DNA of 64,000 nt from assembly GCA_026770705.1 (NCBI GenBank), contig JANJGN010000034.1, positions 3,348,001 to 3,412,000 of the forward strand. The letters are read 5' to 3'. Made by a program: the position numbers and the translations under genes. The notes beneath the pieces were generated by a model. It searched no databases, was not told where the DNA came from, and was given only the letters and a program-made list of their open reading frames with translations. Positions 49,401 through 57,779 of the stretch are shown one piece after another (the first letter of the stretch is position 1; each line of letters begins with the position of its first letter). This DNA is from Isurus oxyrinchus. Taxonomy: Eukaryota.

Positions 49401-51233
49401 TTCCAGTTCAGCTGGGAGCTGGAAAGACTCCAAAAAGGTACAGCAATAACTAGAGGAGGTGTGTCAAAAATTAACCGCATGTTTGTGTGGGAAAGAAGTA
49501 CTCGCTCCTTAAATTATTGTATGGGACATGAAACATAGAGCTTAGAGAGAGCGATGAGAAAAAAATGTCATGGTTTTATAGATAACATAGGGAACCTACT
49601 GTTTTTACCCTGAAAGCAGATAACGTCAAAAGGAGAGAGAAGAGAGTTATTCTAACTTGTAAAATGTTTGTGAGAGGATTATTTAATTAAAGTGGCTTCT
49701 AGTGGAGGGCCTGTAGGTGTTTGTGTATGTATGCGGGGTGGAGGGCTGGTCCGGGGGGGTGGGTAGCTGGGGGCAGCTTGTTTTACTGGGAGCATACGGC
49801 AAGAGGGTGGGGAGTATCCGTAGGGTGCGGTGGCCTCTTGCGTGGGTTACAAGTTGAGGTATAGAAAAAAAGAATATCCCAGGGAGATATGGAGCTAAAA
49901 TTTTTAAGTAACAACTTGTGATGCAGGAGTCAATAGTTGACCTGGTGCTTGCTGCGGATTCAGCCGTGGATCACAAATTCAAATTGGCAATAGACTAGGA
50001 AATAAATTAGAATTTCAAGAAGTGTGCTCATTTGAATAGTTCTGTCCAGGAGCCTGCACTGGCATGTGGACTGAGTAACCCTCATGTGTGCTGTAACATT
50101 CTATGATGTATTTATGGGCAGCTACAGATGAAGTTTTCGGGCATAAATTCTGACTGTTTGCCAATATTCGAACTCGTCCAAGCTTTTGAACTACACCAGT
50201 GGCATCTTCCGTCGACCATCTTGTATTTCACTTGTGTTAGATGTAAATATTTGAAGTTGAATTTTGGTTTAGGCTGACAAGTGTATTTTGGTGCTAAGTC
50301 ATCAATATTTCCTTACCCTGAGCCCGGTTCTCTACTCCATATGCCAGTGGAATGGATTAAGTAGGAGTATTTCACTTCCCACACCTTTATTCCGTTTTTG
50401 AGAGGAACAAGAGAAGTGTTAACTGTTTATTGAAATTGAGGTTAACCATGGACTAGCTGGCACTGAAGTGAATGTTAAATGTCTTGCTATCAGCTATATT
50501 GAATAGGATACGATTCAAAAAGTAAGACAAGATATGATAGGGATTCAAGCATAAGTAGAAAACATACGTTCAATTATAAACATATTTGTCCCTTAAAGGC
50601 AATGATTGGTGCTGCCTGTACTGCTGCCTGATTGGCCAGAGGAGCACAATAATGAGACTGTTGTCCTATCAATATTGCACTAGGTGAGGTCAAATGTTCG
50701 GCCCACCGCATTAAGTTTGAACATTCCTATTCATCGACACGACCCTTTTTCCAAAGAGCATTATTCCTTAGTATGGTTAATTTTGTTGACCATCAAAGCT
50801 GCAATATAGACATTGAACGAGTGGTACATTATGGTATAAGTGCTTTTTATTGATTTTAATGGCAGAATGCGTAGAGTTCTTTTTCCATACAATGAGGACC
50901 TTACAATCAGGAAAAAGAGGTGTAACAGTCAAAAACATTGAATTCATAAATAACAACACATAACGCTCAAATGACAACATTTGTCCTATAAGAAAAGGGC
51001 AATAGTTAACAGATTGGCATCTCCGATAAGTTACTTCAGTTATACAGGAAGAACAGAGAACCTGAGCCAGAAGAAATAATTAGATTAAACGTCCTCCCTT
51101 GATGCTATATCACCTGATAATTCTAATGCTCTAATTTCTCCTCAAGGTTAATTGCAGAATAACTTAAATACATCAATGGCAATTCGATATTTCAGAAGAA
51201 TTTTACCTATCTGCCTTTGAGCCAGCCTTTCAT
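7785..51233 (-). CDS. Partial multi-exon gene: array of phase-1 micro-exons encoding a coiled-coil-like segment (candidate butyrophilin/BG-like cytoplasmic tail); 5' and 3' ends not identified in the window
   Basis: 13 exons of 27,33,27,27,27,36,27,36,27,27,21,27,27 nt (369 nt), each with pyrimidine-tract AG and GT(A/G)A donor. Joined they read [123 protein letters not shown] with no stop. The 33-nt exon has stops in both other frames. Family assignment is inference only. Confidence 0.85.
8575..8905 (-). mobile_element. CR1 3' tail fragment
   Basis: aagaacataag terminus; ORF 8729-8959 contains HSLKLR...FFSQRAV..NSLPQ. Confidence 0.8.
8915..9260. repeat. (GATA/GACA)n microsatellite region spanning a 130-N assembly gap (9088-9217)
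   Basis: Direct inspection. Confidence 0.9.
9370..10470. mobile_element. Penelope-like element end as inverted repeat (arms about 9370-9858 and 9945-10470)
   Basis: Arms are reverse complements (e.g. cagcaggtctggcagcatcggcgga / tccgccgatgctgccagacctgctg). Spacer encodes [25 protein letters not shown] on minus (GIY-YIG C-terminus). Confidence 0.88.
10771..10797 (-). CDS. Micro-exon, 27 nt, ELEELLQSS
   Basis: ttttccctttattgttctgaaaag|AACTTGAAGAACTTCTTCAATCATCAG|gtaaac; 15/27 identical to exon 45337-45363. Confidence 0.75.
13195..13285 (-). mobile_element. tRNA-derived SINE fragment (Deu-SINE-like)
   Basis: ggtttaacacctcatcc...cagcacgttctcagtactgtac, recalled similarity to the elasmobranch Deu-SINE body; related pieces near 12230-12350, 27630-27790 and 33850-34000. 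Confidence 0.5.
13735..14510 (-). mobile_element. Penelope-like element 3' fragment with GIY-YIG endonuclease C-terminus
   Basis: Minus strand 14241-about 14503: [86 protein letters not shown]. Confidence 0.88.
14657..14683 (-). CDS. Candidate micro-exon, 27 nt, ERRLFIMKN, with GC donor
   Basis: catttctgtctttgctgtttacag|AACGAAGGCTTTTTATAATGAAAAATG|gcaaat; fills the otherwise empty 27-nt slot before ELEELLQSS. Confidence 0.55.
15000..16560 (-). mobile_element. Decayed CR1 ORF2 fragments
   Basis: [11 protein letters not shown]...DKSDNYMPV matches CR1 DWxxANVTPLFKKG..PGNYRPV. Confidence 0.65.
16622..16642 (-). CDS. Micro-exon, 21 nt (one heptad), VTKFSEL
   Basis: caactctctcag|TCACCAAATTTTCCGAGTTAG|gtaact. 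Confidence 0.65.
   Translation of the reverse strand, partial: SPNFPS
17300..20050 (+). mobile_element. Cluster of decayed CR1 RT and tail fragments (mostly +)
   Basis: ORF 17440-17646 [15 protein letters not shown]; tail motifs at 19700-20050. Confidence 0.7.
20606..20632 (-). CDS. Micro-exon, 27 nt, (G/C)EKPTKTVT
   Basis: ctccattttctgttaaag|GTGAAAAACCGACCAAGACCGTAACAG|gtaatg (AAG acceptor). Confidence 0.65.
20765..20875 (+). mobile_element. Miniature Penelope terminal-repeat remnant with hammerhead-like core
   Basis: ctgaagaagagtcaaatgcactcggaacgttaactccacagatgctgc..., homologous to the PLE ends at 10340-10440 and 47870-47960. Confidence 0.65.
21630..21750 (+). mobile_element. Penelope terminal-repeat remnant
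   Basis: tgaagagtcatacagactcaaaacattaacggtgttcctctctgcaggtgctgtcaga, same motif order as the other PLE ends. Confidence 0.6.
21956..21973 (-). CDS. Candidate micro-exon, 18 nt, VHQGLA
   Basis: cctgtttttcag|TTCACCAGGGCCTTGCAT|gtaatt; same length, VH start and terminal T as 41983-42000. Confidence 0.42.
22269..22295 (-). CDS. Micro-exon, 27 nt, KDKLDKFDK
   Basis: tttttgttatgatttag|AAGACAAGCTAGATAAGTTCGACAAAG|gtaaag. Confidence 0.78.
22680..23400 (+). repeat. G/T-rich strand-asymmetric degenerate repeat (ggtagg/gggtgg/gtcgg motifs), unclassified
   Basis: Strong G over C skew by inspection. Confidence 0.6.
23750..24470 (+). mobile_element. Decayed CR1 RT and 3' fragment
   Basis: ttatccaacgttggtgctgatgata (FADD-like) followed by tail motifs. 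Confidence 0.55.
24508..24543 (-). CDS. Micro-exon, 36 nt, [12 protein letters not shown]
   Basis: ttgtttccttcttcag|AAATAGAAGAACTGAAGAAGCAAATTAAAGAAGCAA|gtgaga. Confidence 0.87.
24675..25035 (+). mobile_element. tRNA-derived SINE (Meta-domain-like family) with internal duplication
   Basis: Homologous (reverse) to 26350-26730 and 46250-46650; 3' end gccgatgcccacataccatgaaataa shared with the LINE ending near 53920. Confidence 0.6.
25380..26330 (+). mobile_element. Decayed CR1 ORF1 and endonuclease fragment
   Basis: Residual tggagtttgagcagctgctgga (LExQL) and ggtgtagagggacctg (GVxYRPP-like) segments. Confidence 0.5.
26350..26730 (-). mobile_element. tRNA-derived SINE (Meta-domain-like family), near full length
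   Basis: B-box-like ttcaaatcccacc on minus; central ggtctggagtcacatataggccagg...ttccttccctataggacattagtgaa; LINE-derived 3' tail with poly(A). Domain name is from recall. Confidence 0.75.
27115..27515 (-). pseudogene. RPS28: Processed pseudogene of 40S ribosomal protein S28 (eS28)
   Basis: Intronless. ATG at 27492, TAA at 27284-27286 (209 nt vs 210 expected). Reads [11 protein letters not shown]/frameshift/[55 protein letters not shown]. 5' pyrimidine tract CTTTTTCC ending at 27515; A-rich tail remnant at about 27115-27132. Confidence 0.95.
27800..30230 (+). mobile_element. Decayed CR1: 5' region, ORF1 (Cys-rich/leucine zipper plus esterase-like domain) and ORF2 endonuclease
   Basis: MAGQVMC.. 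near 28189; [29 protein letters not shown] (VHVGTNDI region); ttttgtacctgaat (LYLN) near 29343; gtgggtgactttaat (VGDFN) near 29642. Confidence 0.85.
29790..32880 (+). repeat. Locally duplicated composite of CR1 segment, antisense CR1 tail and (ATC/ATA)n tracts
   Basis: Homologous anchors at 29793/31046, 30601/31874/32198 and 30983/32624; ATC tracts at 30770-30830, 32040-32190 and 32370-32490. Confidence 0.8.
33081..33107 (-). CDS. Micro-exon, 27 nt, DQKHLEKTI
   Basis: ttcttgtttttcag|ACCAAAAGCACCTTGAAAAAACTATAG|gtaatt. Confidence 0.85.
   Translation of the reverse strand, partial: TKSTLKKL
35326..35361 (-). CDS. Micro-exon, 36 nt, [12 protein letters not shown]
   Basis: cagcatttctttcag|AGTTGAAAAGACTGAAAGATATTCTACATGGCATGG|gtaaga. 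Confidence 0.87.
36690..38600 (-). mobile_element. Decayed CR1 (3' tail at about 36690, RT region to about 38600) interrupted by a microsatellite
   Basis: acagtcatagagtc tail terminus; [16 protein letters not shown]; RT-like complement at 37520-37950. Confidence 0.65.
37412..37502. repeat. Compound (CA)n-(GA)n microsatellite
   Basis: (CA) run 37412-37460 then (GA) run 37462-37502. Confidence 0.98.
38690..40660 (+). mobile_element. CR1 ORF2 (RT to 3' tail), 5'-truncated
   Basis: ORF 39400-39852 [33 protein letters not shown]; ORF 40362-40568 [11 protein letters not shown]. Confidence 0.95.
41100..41650 (+). mobile_element. Decayed CR1 RT fragment
   Basis: aacaatgatttggac...tccacgtttgttgatggc (NDLD..STFVDG). 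Confidence 0.65.
41717..41743 (-). CDS. Micro-exon, 27 nt, (G/C)KSVIAKEI
   Basis: tctacgcttctctacag|GCAAATCGGTTATTGCAAAAGAAATAG|gtaaac; 20/27 identical to exon 7785-7811. Confidence 0.87.
   Translation of the reverse strand, partial: ANRLLQKK
41983..42000 (-). CDS. Candidate micro-exon, 18 nt, VHSEEI
   Basis: tatttattttgtttcag|TGCATTCTGAAGAAATTT|gtaaga; symmetric phase 1, weak exonic side of donor. Confidence 0.5.
42620..43330 (-). mobile_element. Decayed CR1 ORF1-end/endonuclease fragment
   Basis: [23 protein letters not shown] resembles CR1 EN ExxWVEI..GVxYRPP. Confidence 0.5.
43930..44645 (+). mobile_element. CR1 3' fragment
   Basis: ctttattaataggggcatagagcacaagagcaggg ([11 protein letters not shown]); tttttttcgcacagcg; tail with ttctatgt. 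Confidence 0.88.
45337..45363 (-). CDS. Micro-exon, 27 nt, ELEKLINDL
   Basis: ttcttacatttgcag|AACTCGAGAAACTAATTAACGACTTGG|gtaagt. Confidence 0.85.
46250..46650 (-). mobile_element. tRNA-derived SINE (same family as 26350-26730)
   Basis: ggccagcattcgttgccc...atattagtgagccag...aattgaatttaaattccacca. Confidence 0.75.
46760..46786 (-). CDS. Micro-exon, 27 nt, GQCEGVNMQ
   Basis: ctttttcctttgccttatag|GGCAATGCGAAGGTGTAAACATGCAAG|gtaaca. Confidence 0.78.
47080..47965. mobile_element. Penelope-like terminal repeat as inverted repeat (arms about 47080-47545 and 47650-47965)
   Basis: aaaacaatggatggaaa / tttccatccattgtttt and ggtggagctgtatagatggcc / ggccctctatgcagctccacc. Confidence 0.82.
48891..48923 (-). 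CDS. Micro-exon, 33 nt, [11 protein letters not shown]
   Basis: ttttattatccatttcag|AGGTGGAGAGGCTGAAGATGACTTTTAACTCAG|gtgagt; open only in phase 1. Confidence 0.88.
49500..50110 (+). mobile_element. CR1 3' fragment with inserted G-rich tract
   Basis: Tail motifs ending tgtgctgtaacattctatgat. Confidence 0.6.
51207..51233 (-). CDS. Micro-exon, 27 nt, (D)ERLAQRQI
   Basis: ttccatttgttgctgttcacacag|ATGAAAGGCTGGCTCAAAGGCAGATAG|gtaaaa. Confidence 0.8.
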   Translation of the reverse strand: MKGWLKGR

Positions 51234-51949
51234 CTGTGTGAACAGCAACAAATGGAAAACATTGAAACCAGAGACACTATATTCGAAAACACAGGGAATG
51301 ACAGCAGACTAAAGGCAACAAGAGCTATATAGCCTGCTCAACTAATCAAATCAAACAAAAAACTGATTATCAAAAATAATTTGAAACAGCCTCACATTCT
51401 TTTACTATGGTGCTTTAATGCCTACATCAGCCATAAAAAACATTTTGCAGGTGCGTGTACACGTGTACATGCAGCGCAGTGCATGGGGAGCTGATGCTGC
51501 ACTATATTTCAGCGGAGGTCCCAAGTGGCTGAAGACATGTTTGCATATCGTGGGACACTAAAATTGGTAATTTTCATGGGGTCAGTTTCGGAAAAAGGCA
51601 AAGACGTCGGAGTTGGGATGGATGCAGTGTCCAATGAAAAAATGCTGGGCTTGGATTTAGCACGGGTGACTATCAGAAACAACTGCTCATTCGCCCCTGC
51701 ACAACACCAAATTCTATTCCCCATCGAGCAACATTATTAACTTCTCAGTCCGTTCAGTGACTGGAAACCAGACTTAACTTGGTTATCTGTTATTCCACAA
51801 TATATTGAGATGAAATGGTTCCTCTGATGCACACATAATTTTTACGCCTAATATCAGAGCAATTATTATCAATAACTATGACTTATAATGAAAAAAAAAA
51901 TAAATGCCCTCATGATTCGGAAATTCCATTGAGTTGGACTTATCAATGC

Positions 51950-53925
51950 CATGGCGTTTGGCTGGCCAGTGTCTCTCCAATTCTGATGCATTTCTAATAA
52001 CCCGTCGATAATTTTGTGCTTTTGCCAGGACTAGATGCGAATCAGCAAGTTGCAAATCTCATTTCACCAGTTAGCTGAAGTACAACTTTAACAAACAGCA
52101 TTAGCAACAAGCGATAGACAGAGCTATGTGATTCCACAACCAACAAATCGGACCTAAGCTCTTTTGTCATGCCACATCAAGTCGTTAATGGTGGTGGACA
52201 ATTAAACAAATTAGTGAAGGAGAAGGCTCCATAAATATTCCCATTCTCAATTATTGGGCAAGACCATAACATTAGTGCAAAAATGAGGCTGAAGCAGTTG
52301 CTAAAATTTTCAGCCAGAAGTCACGAGTGGATCCTCTGGAGGTCCCTCGCATTACAGATGCCAAACTTCAGCCAATTCTATTCAATCACTGGGATATCAA
52401 GAAAGGGCTCCCGGCACTGGGTACTGACAATGCTAGGGTCCTGATAATATTCTGTCGGTAGTACAGATGAATTGTGCTCCAGGGCTTGTCACGTACATAG
52501 CCAAGTTGTTCCAGTACAGCGAAAACACTGACATCAACCCGGCTATGTGGGAATAGGCCCAAGTATGTCCTGGAAACAACAATCAGGAAAAATCCAACCC
52601 GTCCTACTGTCGCCACATCAGTCTATTCTCCATAATCAGTAAAGTAATGAAGGCGTCATCAACAGTGCTATCAAACGACACTACCACATCAATAAAGTGC
52701 TCACTAACACTCAGTTTAGGTTCCGCCAGCTTCATCCAGCTCCTGAATTCATTACAGCCTTGGGTGAAACGTGGACAAAAGAGGTCACCTCCCGAGGTGA
52801 TGTCTTAGTGATTGCCCTTGTAATCAAGGCCGTATATGACCGAGCATGACATGAAGAATACCGAGCAGAACTGGGGTCAATGGGAGTTGGGGGAAAACTC
52901 TCCACTGGTTGGAGTCATACCTAGCACAAAGGAAGATGGTTGTGGTTTTTGGATGTCAGTACTCTCAGCTCCAAGTCATCACTGCAGGTTTTCCTTAGGG
53001 TAATGTTGTCTTCCCAAGTATTTTCTGCTGTTTCATCAATGACGTTCTTTTCATCAGAAGGCCTGAAGTACCGAAGATTGTGCAATGTTGAGCACCTTTT
53101 GCGACCCCCCTGATGCTGAACCCGTTCTCGCCCAAATGCCGCCTGACCTGGATAATATCCAGGCTTCTTCTGAAAAGTGGCAATCAACATTCTCACCACA
53201 CAATAGCCAGGTTGCGAAGAAAGCCAACACAAGTAAATCAAACAATCGCCCCTGATGTACAATGGCATTTCCATTACTGATTCCCCCAGTATCAACATTC
53301 TGAGGATTCCATTGACCGGAATCTAAAGCGGTCTATCAAAATAAATAATGTGACTACCAGAAACGGTCAGAGGCTATTAATCCTGTGTCGAGTAACTCAG
53401 CTCCTGGCCCGCAACCAGAAGGCATAGGTCAGGACTGTGGGGAAGTCTTCTCCACTTGCCTCAATGAGTGCAGTGCTATAACACTCAAGAAACTTGACAC
53501 CAACTGGGAAAAGGCAGCATGCTTGTTTGCACCCCATTCATCCATATTCAGTCTCTGCACCACCGATGCATTGTAGCTGCAAGATGCACTGCAGGAATTT
53601 ACTAAGCTCCACAGGCAGCATCCTCTAAACACAGGATAGTTGCCAATAAGAAGGAGAAGAGCTGCACATAGATGGGAACATAAGCAACTGAAAGTTTCTC
53701 TCCAAGTCAGTCATAATCCTGACGTATTTTGTTGTTCCTTCACTGTCCGTGGCTCATATTCTGGGACTCCCTTCCTAAAAGCACGGTGGGTGGACCTACA
53801 CTACATGGATTGCAGTGGTTCAACAAGGCAGCTCCCAACTACCTTCTCAATGGCAACTAGAGAGGGACAATAAATGGTAGTTCAGATAGCGAAGCTAAAA
53901 TCCCATAAATGAAAAAAAAAACAAT
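51950..53925 (+). mobile_element. Second CR1/L2-group LINE family, RT region to poly(A) end
   Basis: Degenerate QFRFRQ, IALVIKAVYDR, GFP*GNVVFPSIFCCFINDV and KWQSTFSPH motifs; ends aaatcccataaatgaaaaaaaaaa. Confidence 0.88.
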
Positions 53926-54779
53926 ACGCTTACCAAAAACTGATTCATGTTGCCTGTGATGTTAAAGGGCAGGTGTCACCACAAACTGGAGTGTTAGTGT
54001 CACCAGATGTGGTTGCCCTTAACGATTCTTTCATCAAAACAATATTTGGCTGTTTGCTCAGCGTTGATTCATTAAGGTGTAATATGCTGGACCTGTTTCG
54101 ATCAGAGTAGTTTTTTTTTAAATTTCAACTGTCTTCCTAATATAAATTTATTTAACTTAAACGTTAATAATTGACAGTTTCGATACATATACGTACAACA
54201 GTAAAATATACCATTTGGATACAATTCGGAGAGAGAGAAACCTTTACAAGATTGCTTTCATTCAAATTGACACCTACAACCTGCATCCAATCGCCCTGCA
54301 TTCTAGCTCCGGCATATAAATGCCCAATGCTATGGAAAATAATTTAACCAACATATAAATCACCGAATCCGGGATTTTTTTCATAAATAAAGCATTATAT
54401 ATGTCGACAACATTTTTCTGTTAATGCCAGAGTAAGGTGTTAGACTTCAGTAGTACTGCTAAGTGACCACATCGCCCAGCTGCCCTCGTTCCTTCTTAAT
54501 ATGCTGTATATTTGAAACCAGGGGAACTGAATGGAGAATGGGGAACGCAACAAATGCTTAATGAAGCATTAAGCATAATAGGCGATTTTATGCTATACAG
54601 AAATTTAAACCTAAATTGAAGTTAGCCCAACTTTTCTACCAACCATTTTGATTCACTGGCCCATTGTAAACATTGCACTTGTAACAGCATGCTGAATTAT
54701 TTCAGTTTATGTTGATGTATTATGAGACCAATGCGAGAATGCTTCCTTCAAATACCCAATCAAGAATTGTTAAAAAAAA

Positions 54780-55710
54780 ATGTTGGAACCTTCATATGCC
54801 ATTATAAAACATACATGTTTCAACTAGGCTATGTGCAATTCTCGCACTTGCATTTCAGTCTGAATACCACATCTTAGATACGTTGCAAAGGAGAGTTTGT
54901 ATAAGGCATCCTGAGAACTGTGCCTTCAGTTATGTTGAATGAACAAAAAACATGCTCTGTTATCCCTTCAACAATGAAGCCTAAAGTGATAATTAAAATA
55001 GGCTCTTAAATTGTTAAAGGCCTTGAATCCACTGCGCAAGGATAACCTTTTCCCACTGGGAGGATGAAAATAATGATGTTAAGGTTATGCTACTTGGCTC
55101 GTAATGCAAATGCCTGGTTAGATTCTGGAGAGGGGAGTTCACATCTCAACACGGGAACTGGGGAGGTCAAATTCAACTGAGTAACTTTCAAAACAGAATT
55201 AAATAGAACAATTAAAATCAATGGTGACAATGAGGCTTGTTTATTCTCATTAAAAACACGCCAATTCGTAAGGGATAAAAATGCATTGTCCTTAAATTTT
55301 CAGGGTCTCATGTTATTTTAGACCCAAAGTGATGTGGTTCACCCTTAGGTCCCTCCGAAGTGGCTGCTCAGTTTTGTTGAAGGTTGTCACTCACATTCCC
55401 AACTGAAATTGAAGATGAACAGCCAGTGTGGGTGATGCCGGAACAAAATAATTGCCAAGCGTCAAGAGAGGTGTCTGGGCCAAGTTTTCATAAATATTGA
55501 TTTTGAATTAAGATCTGAGATTCTGGGATGCAGGGACTAAAATTCCGCTAGATGAAATTGAAACACATCTTTCAGAAACTAAAATAGTACATTATCCAAA
55601 TTGGAAATAAACTTGCCATTCAATGGGAAACTAATAGTAGCGTATTGGCTTAATCTGTTGCAGAGCTGGGATAATTGGTTCTTCATGTACTACAACGTTT
55701 TATGAAAATG
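54780..55710 (+). mobile_element. Decayed CR1 3' fragment with an embedded SINE piece (about 55090-55450)
   Basis: cagtctgaataccacatctt...aaaggagagtttgtataagg (QxWxP..QRRF); aatggtgacaatgagg SINE motif. Confidence 0.55.
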
Positions 55711-56894
55711 AGCTAAGTTGAGATTGCCTTGGCTAAAGCAATAATGTAATCGAATGCATTAAAAAGGTACGATGCTTGACAAGCAGTCCACGTGACAAAG
55801 ACTACACTCTATTTTAAACCAAGCAGTTATATTCACTGCAAATTCATTATACTCATCAAACAACACTTGTTTAAATGACAGACAGCAGACACATGATTCA
55901 TATTCTATGTCTAACATTGATTAAAGAGTGTTCCACAATAATTAAAATCAGCAGTCAACTTAAGCAGGGAGTTCTGCAATTGTATTTAACCTGATCAATT
56001 CCATTTTGATTAAGAATAGTGGCGTCAACGTCTCCTGGTGTGACTGTGCTAATGCTCCGATGGCACAAGGAGTCACCTTCCATCGATGGGCTCGCACAGA
56101 AGTGAATAATTCAAGCTGCGTTTATAAACACCAAGATTTCATGTGAAATATTTGAACCAGTCAAATTCTGTAAGGCACATTTCGCCCATTTCATGTAGCA
56201 TCAACATCTCCGAATTATACATCCACCCTTTTCGATTTGTTTCAATCTCCTTTGCTTGGTCGATATGATAATTGTATCAACGTTCAACAGCAATGTTACA
56301 GTTCCTATTTAGCTATTTCAAGTACGTGGCGGAATGATATTGGTACTTCAGAAATCTACAATGCATTCCTATCATTTCAATGGTAACTGCTACATGCCAT
56401 TTCGATGCAAACTTACATCAGCTTCGTTTTGATCAAACTAGCTAGCTGTATATAAAAACTGTAGTGATGTCAATCCGAACAAAAAAAAATATCTGCTTGA
56501 TACGCATCCATATTCAATTACATCAAATGTCATCGCACAACCCCATCCCAACTTGAGTCCTACTGCCCGACTCTATCGAAGCACTTGATTAATCTATTAC
56601 AAATCTTACCACGGCCTTCAATCTAAATCACGATGTGAATTTATTAATGGGCCTATTCCTGGAACTATACAAAACATTTAACACTACAAAATTAGCATCC
56701 GCTCCCAATATACTCAAAAGAACTCTGCAATTTATGTACGCTAACACCAATATTGCAATCCATTCTAATGCGTCGACCAGTTAAATAAAACCTCCTGTCT
56801 GCACTGCTCCGTCATTCAGGTTCACAGTAAAACTGCAGCCACTTATTCGCTCCATATCCTGTTTGAATTGAATAATGTTCCAAATTAGTAAACA

Positions 56895-57775
56895 CGACAG
56901 GGTAGTAATGGGGGAGTTGAATATAAAGGGTAAAAGGTTGGATTGCGTCTTGTTGGAGATGGCCATTGCCTGGGACATTGGTAGCACTAATGTTATTTGC
57001 CACTTATCAGACCGAGCCTGAACGTTCTTCACGACTTTTTGGATATGCCGACGGTCCACTTTACAATCTGAGAAGTCAGGAAGTATAGTATGCATTGATG
57101 AATCATAAGCGGGCATCTTCGCTTCTACCTTTATGATGGAGGGAAGGTACTTGAAAAAGCAGCTGAAATGGCTAGTCCTAGGATCCTTCCCTGAGGAACT
57201 CCTGCAGCGATGAGCTGGAACTGACATGATTTGAATCTAACAGCCATAAACATCTTCCTTTTGTGCTATATGACTGCAACCAATAGAGAGATCTCTCCCT
57301 GGTTTCCATTGACTCCAGTTTTGCTGGGGCTGCTTGTCGCCACACCGGGCCTTGATGCCAATGGTAGTCAGTCTCACCTCACCTCCTAATTCCAGTTCCT
57401 TTGTCAATTTTTGGCCAGGGCTGTGATGAGGTCAGAAAAAAGGTGGCCCTGTCTGACCGTAAATTGAACTCCAGTGTTCTGATTATTGCTAAGCAAATGT
57501 CATTTGACAAGACTTTTGGCGGCACATTACGTCCCGTGTCTGATGATCGAGACTTGGTTGATGGGACGGCAATAGGGTTGGTTTGGATTTGCCCAGCTTT
57601 TTTGGACTGGACATGCCCGAAAAATTTTCCTCATTGCTGGGTAAATGCCAGTATTGTAGCTATTATGGAATAGATTGGCTGTGGTACTGGATCACAGCAT
57701 AATTGTTGGACTGTTGTCAAGGGCATTTCCTTTCCAGGATCAGGTGCGTTTAGCTATTTCTTGATGCAATGAATC
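56895..57775 (-). mobile_element. Second LINE family, RT fragment
   Basis: ORF 56781-57227 ARSDKWQITLVLPMSQAMAISNKTQSNLLPFIFN; homologous to 52380-53280. Confidence 0.85.
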
Positions 57776-57779
57776 GAAT

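Noticed and set aside
7785-51233. Collagen interpretation of the 18/27/36-nt exons
   Set aside because: No Gly-X-Y periodicity, and the phase-0 reading hits a stop in the 33-nt exon.
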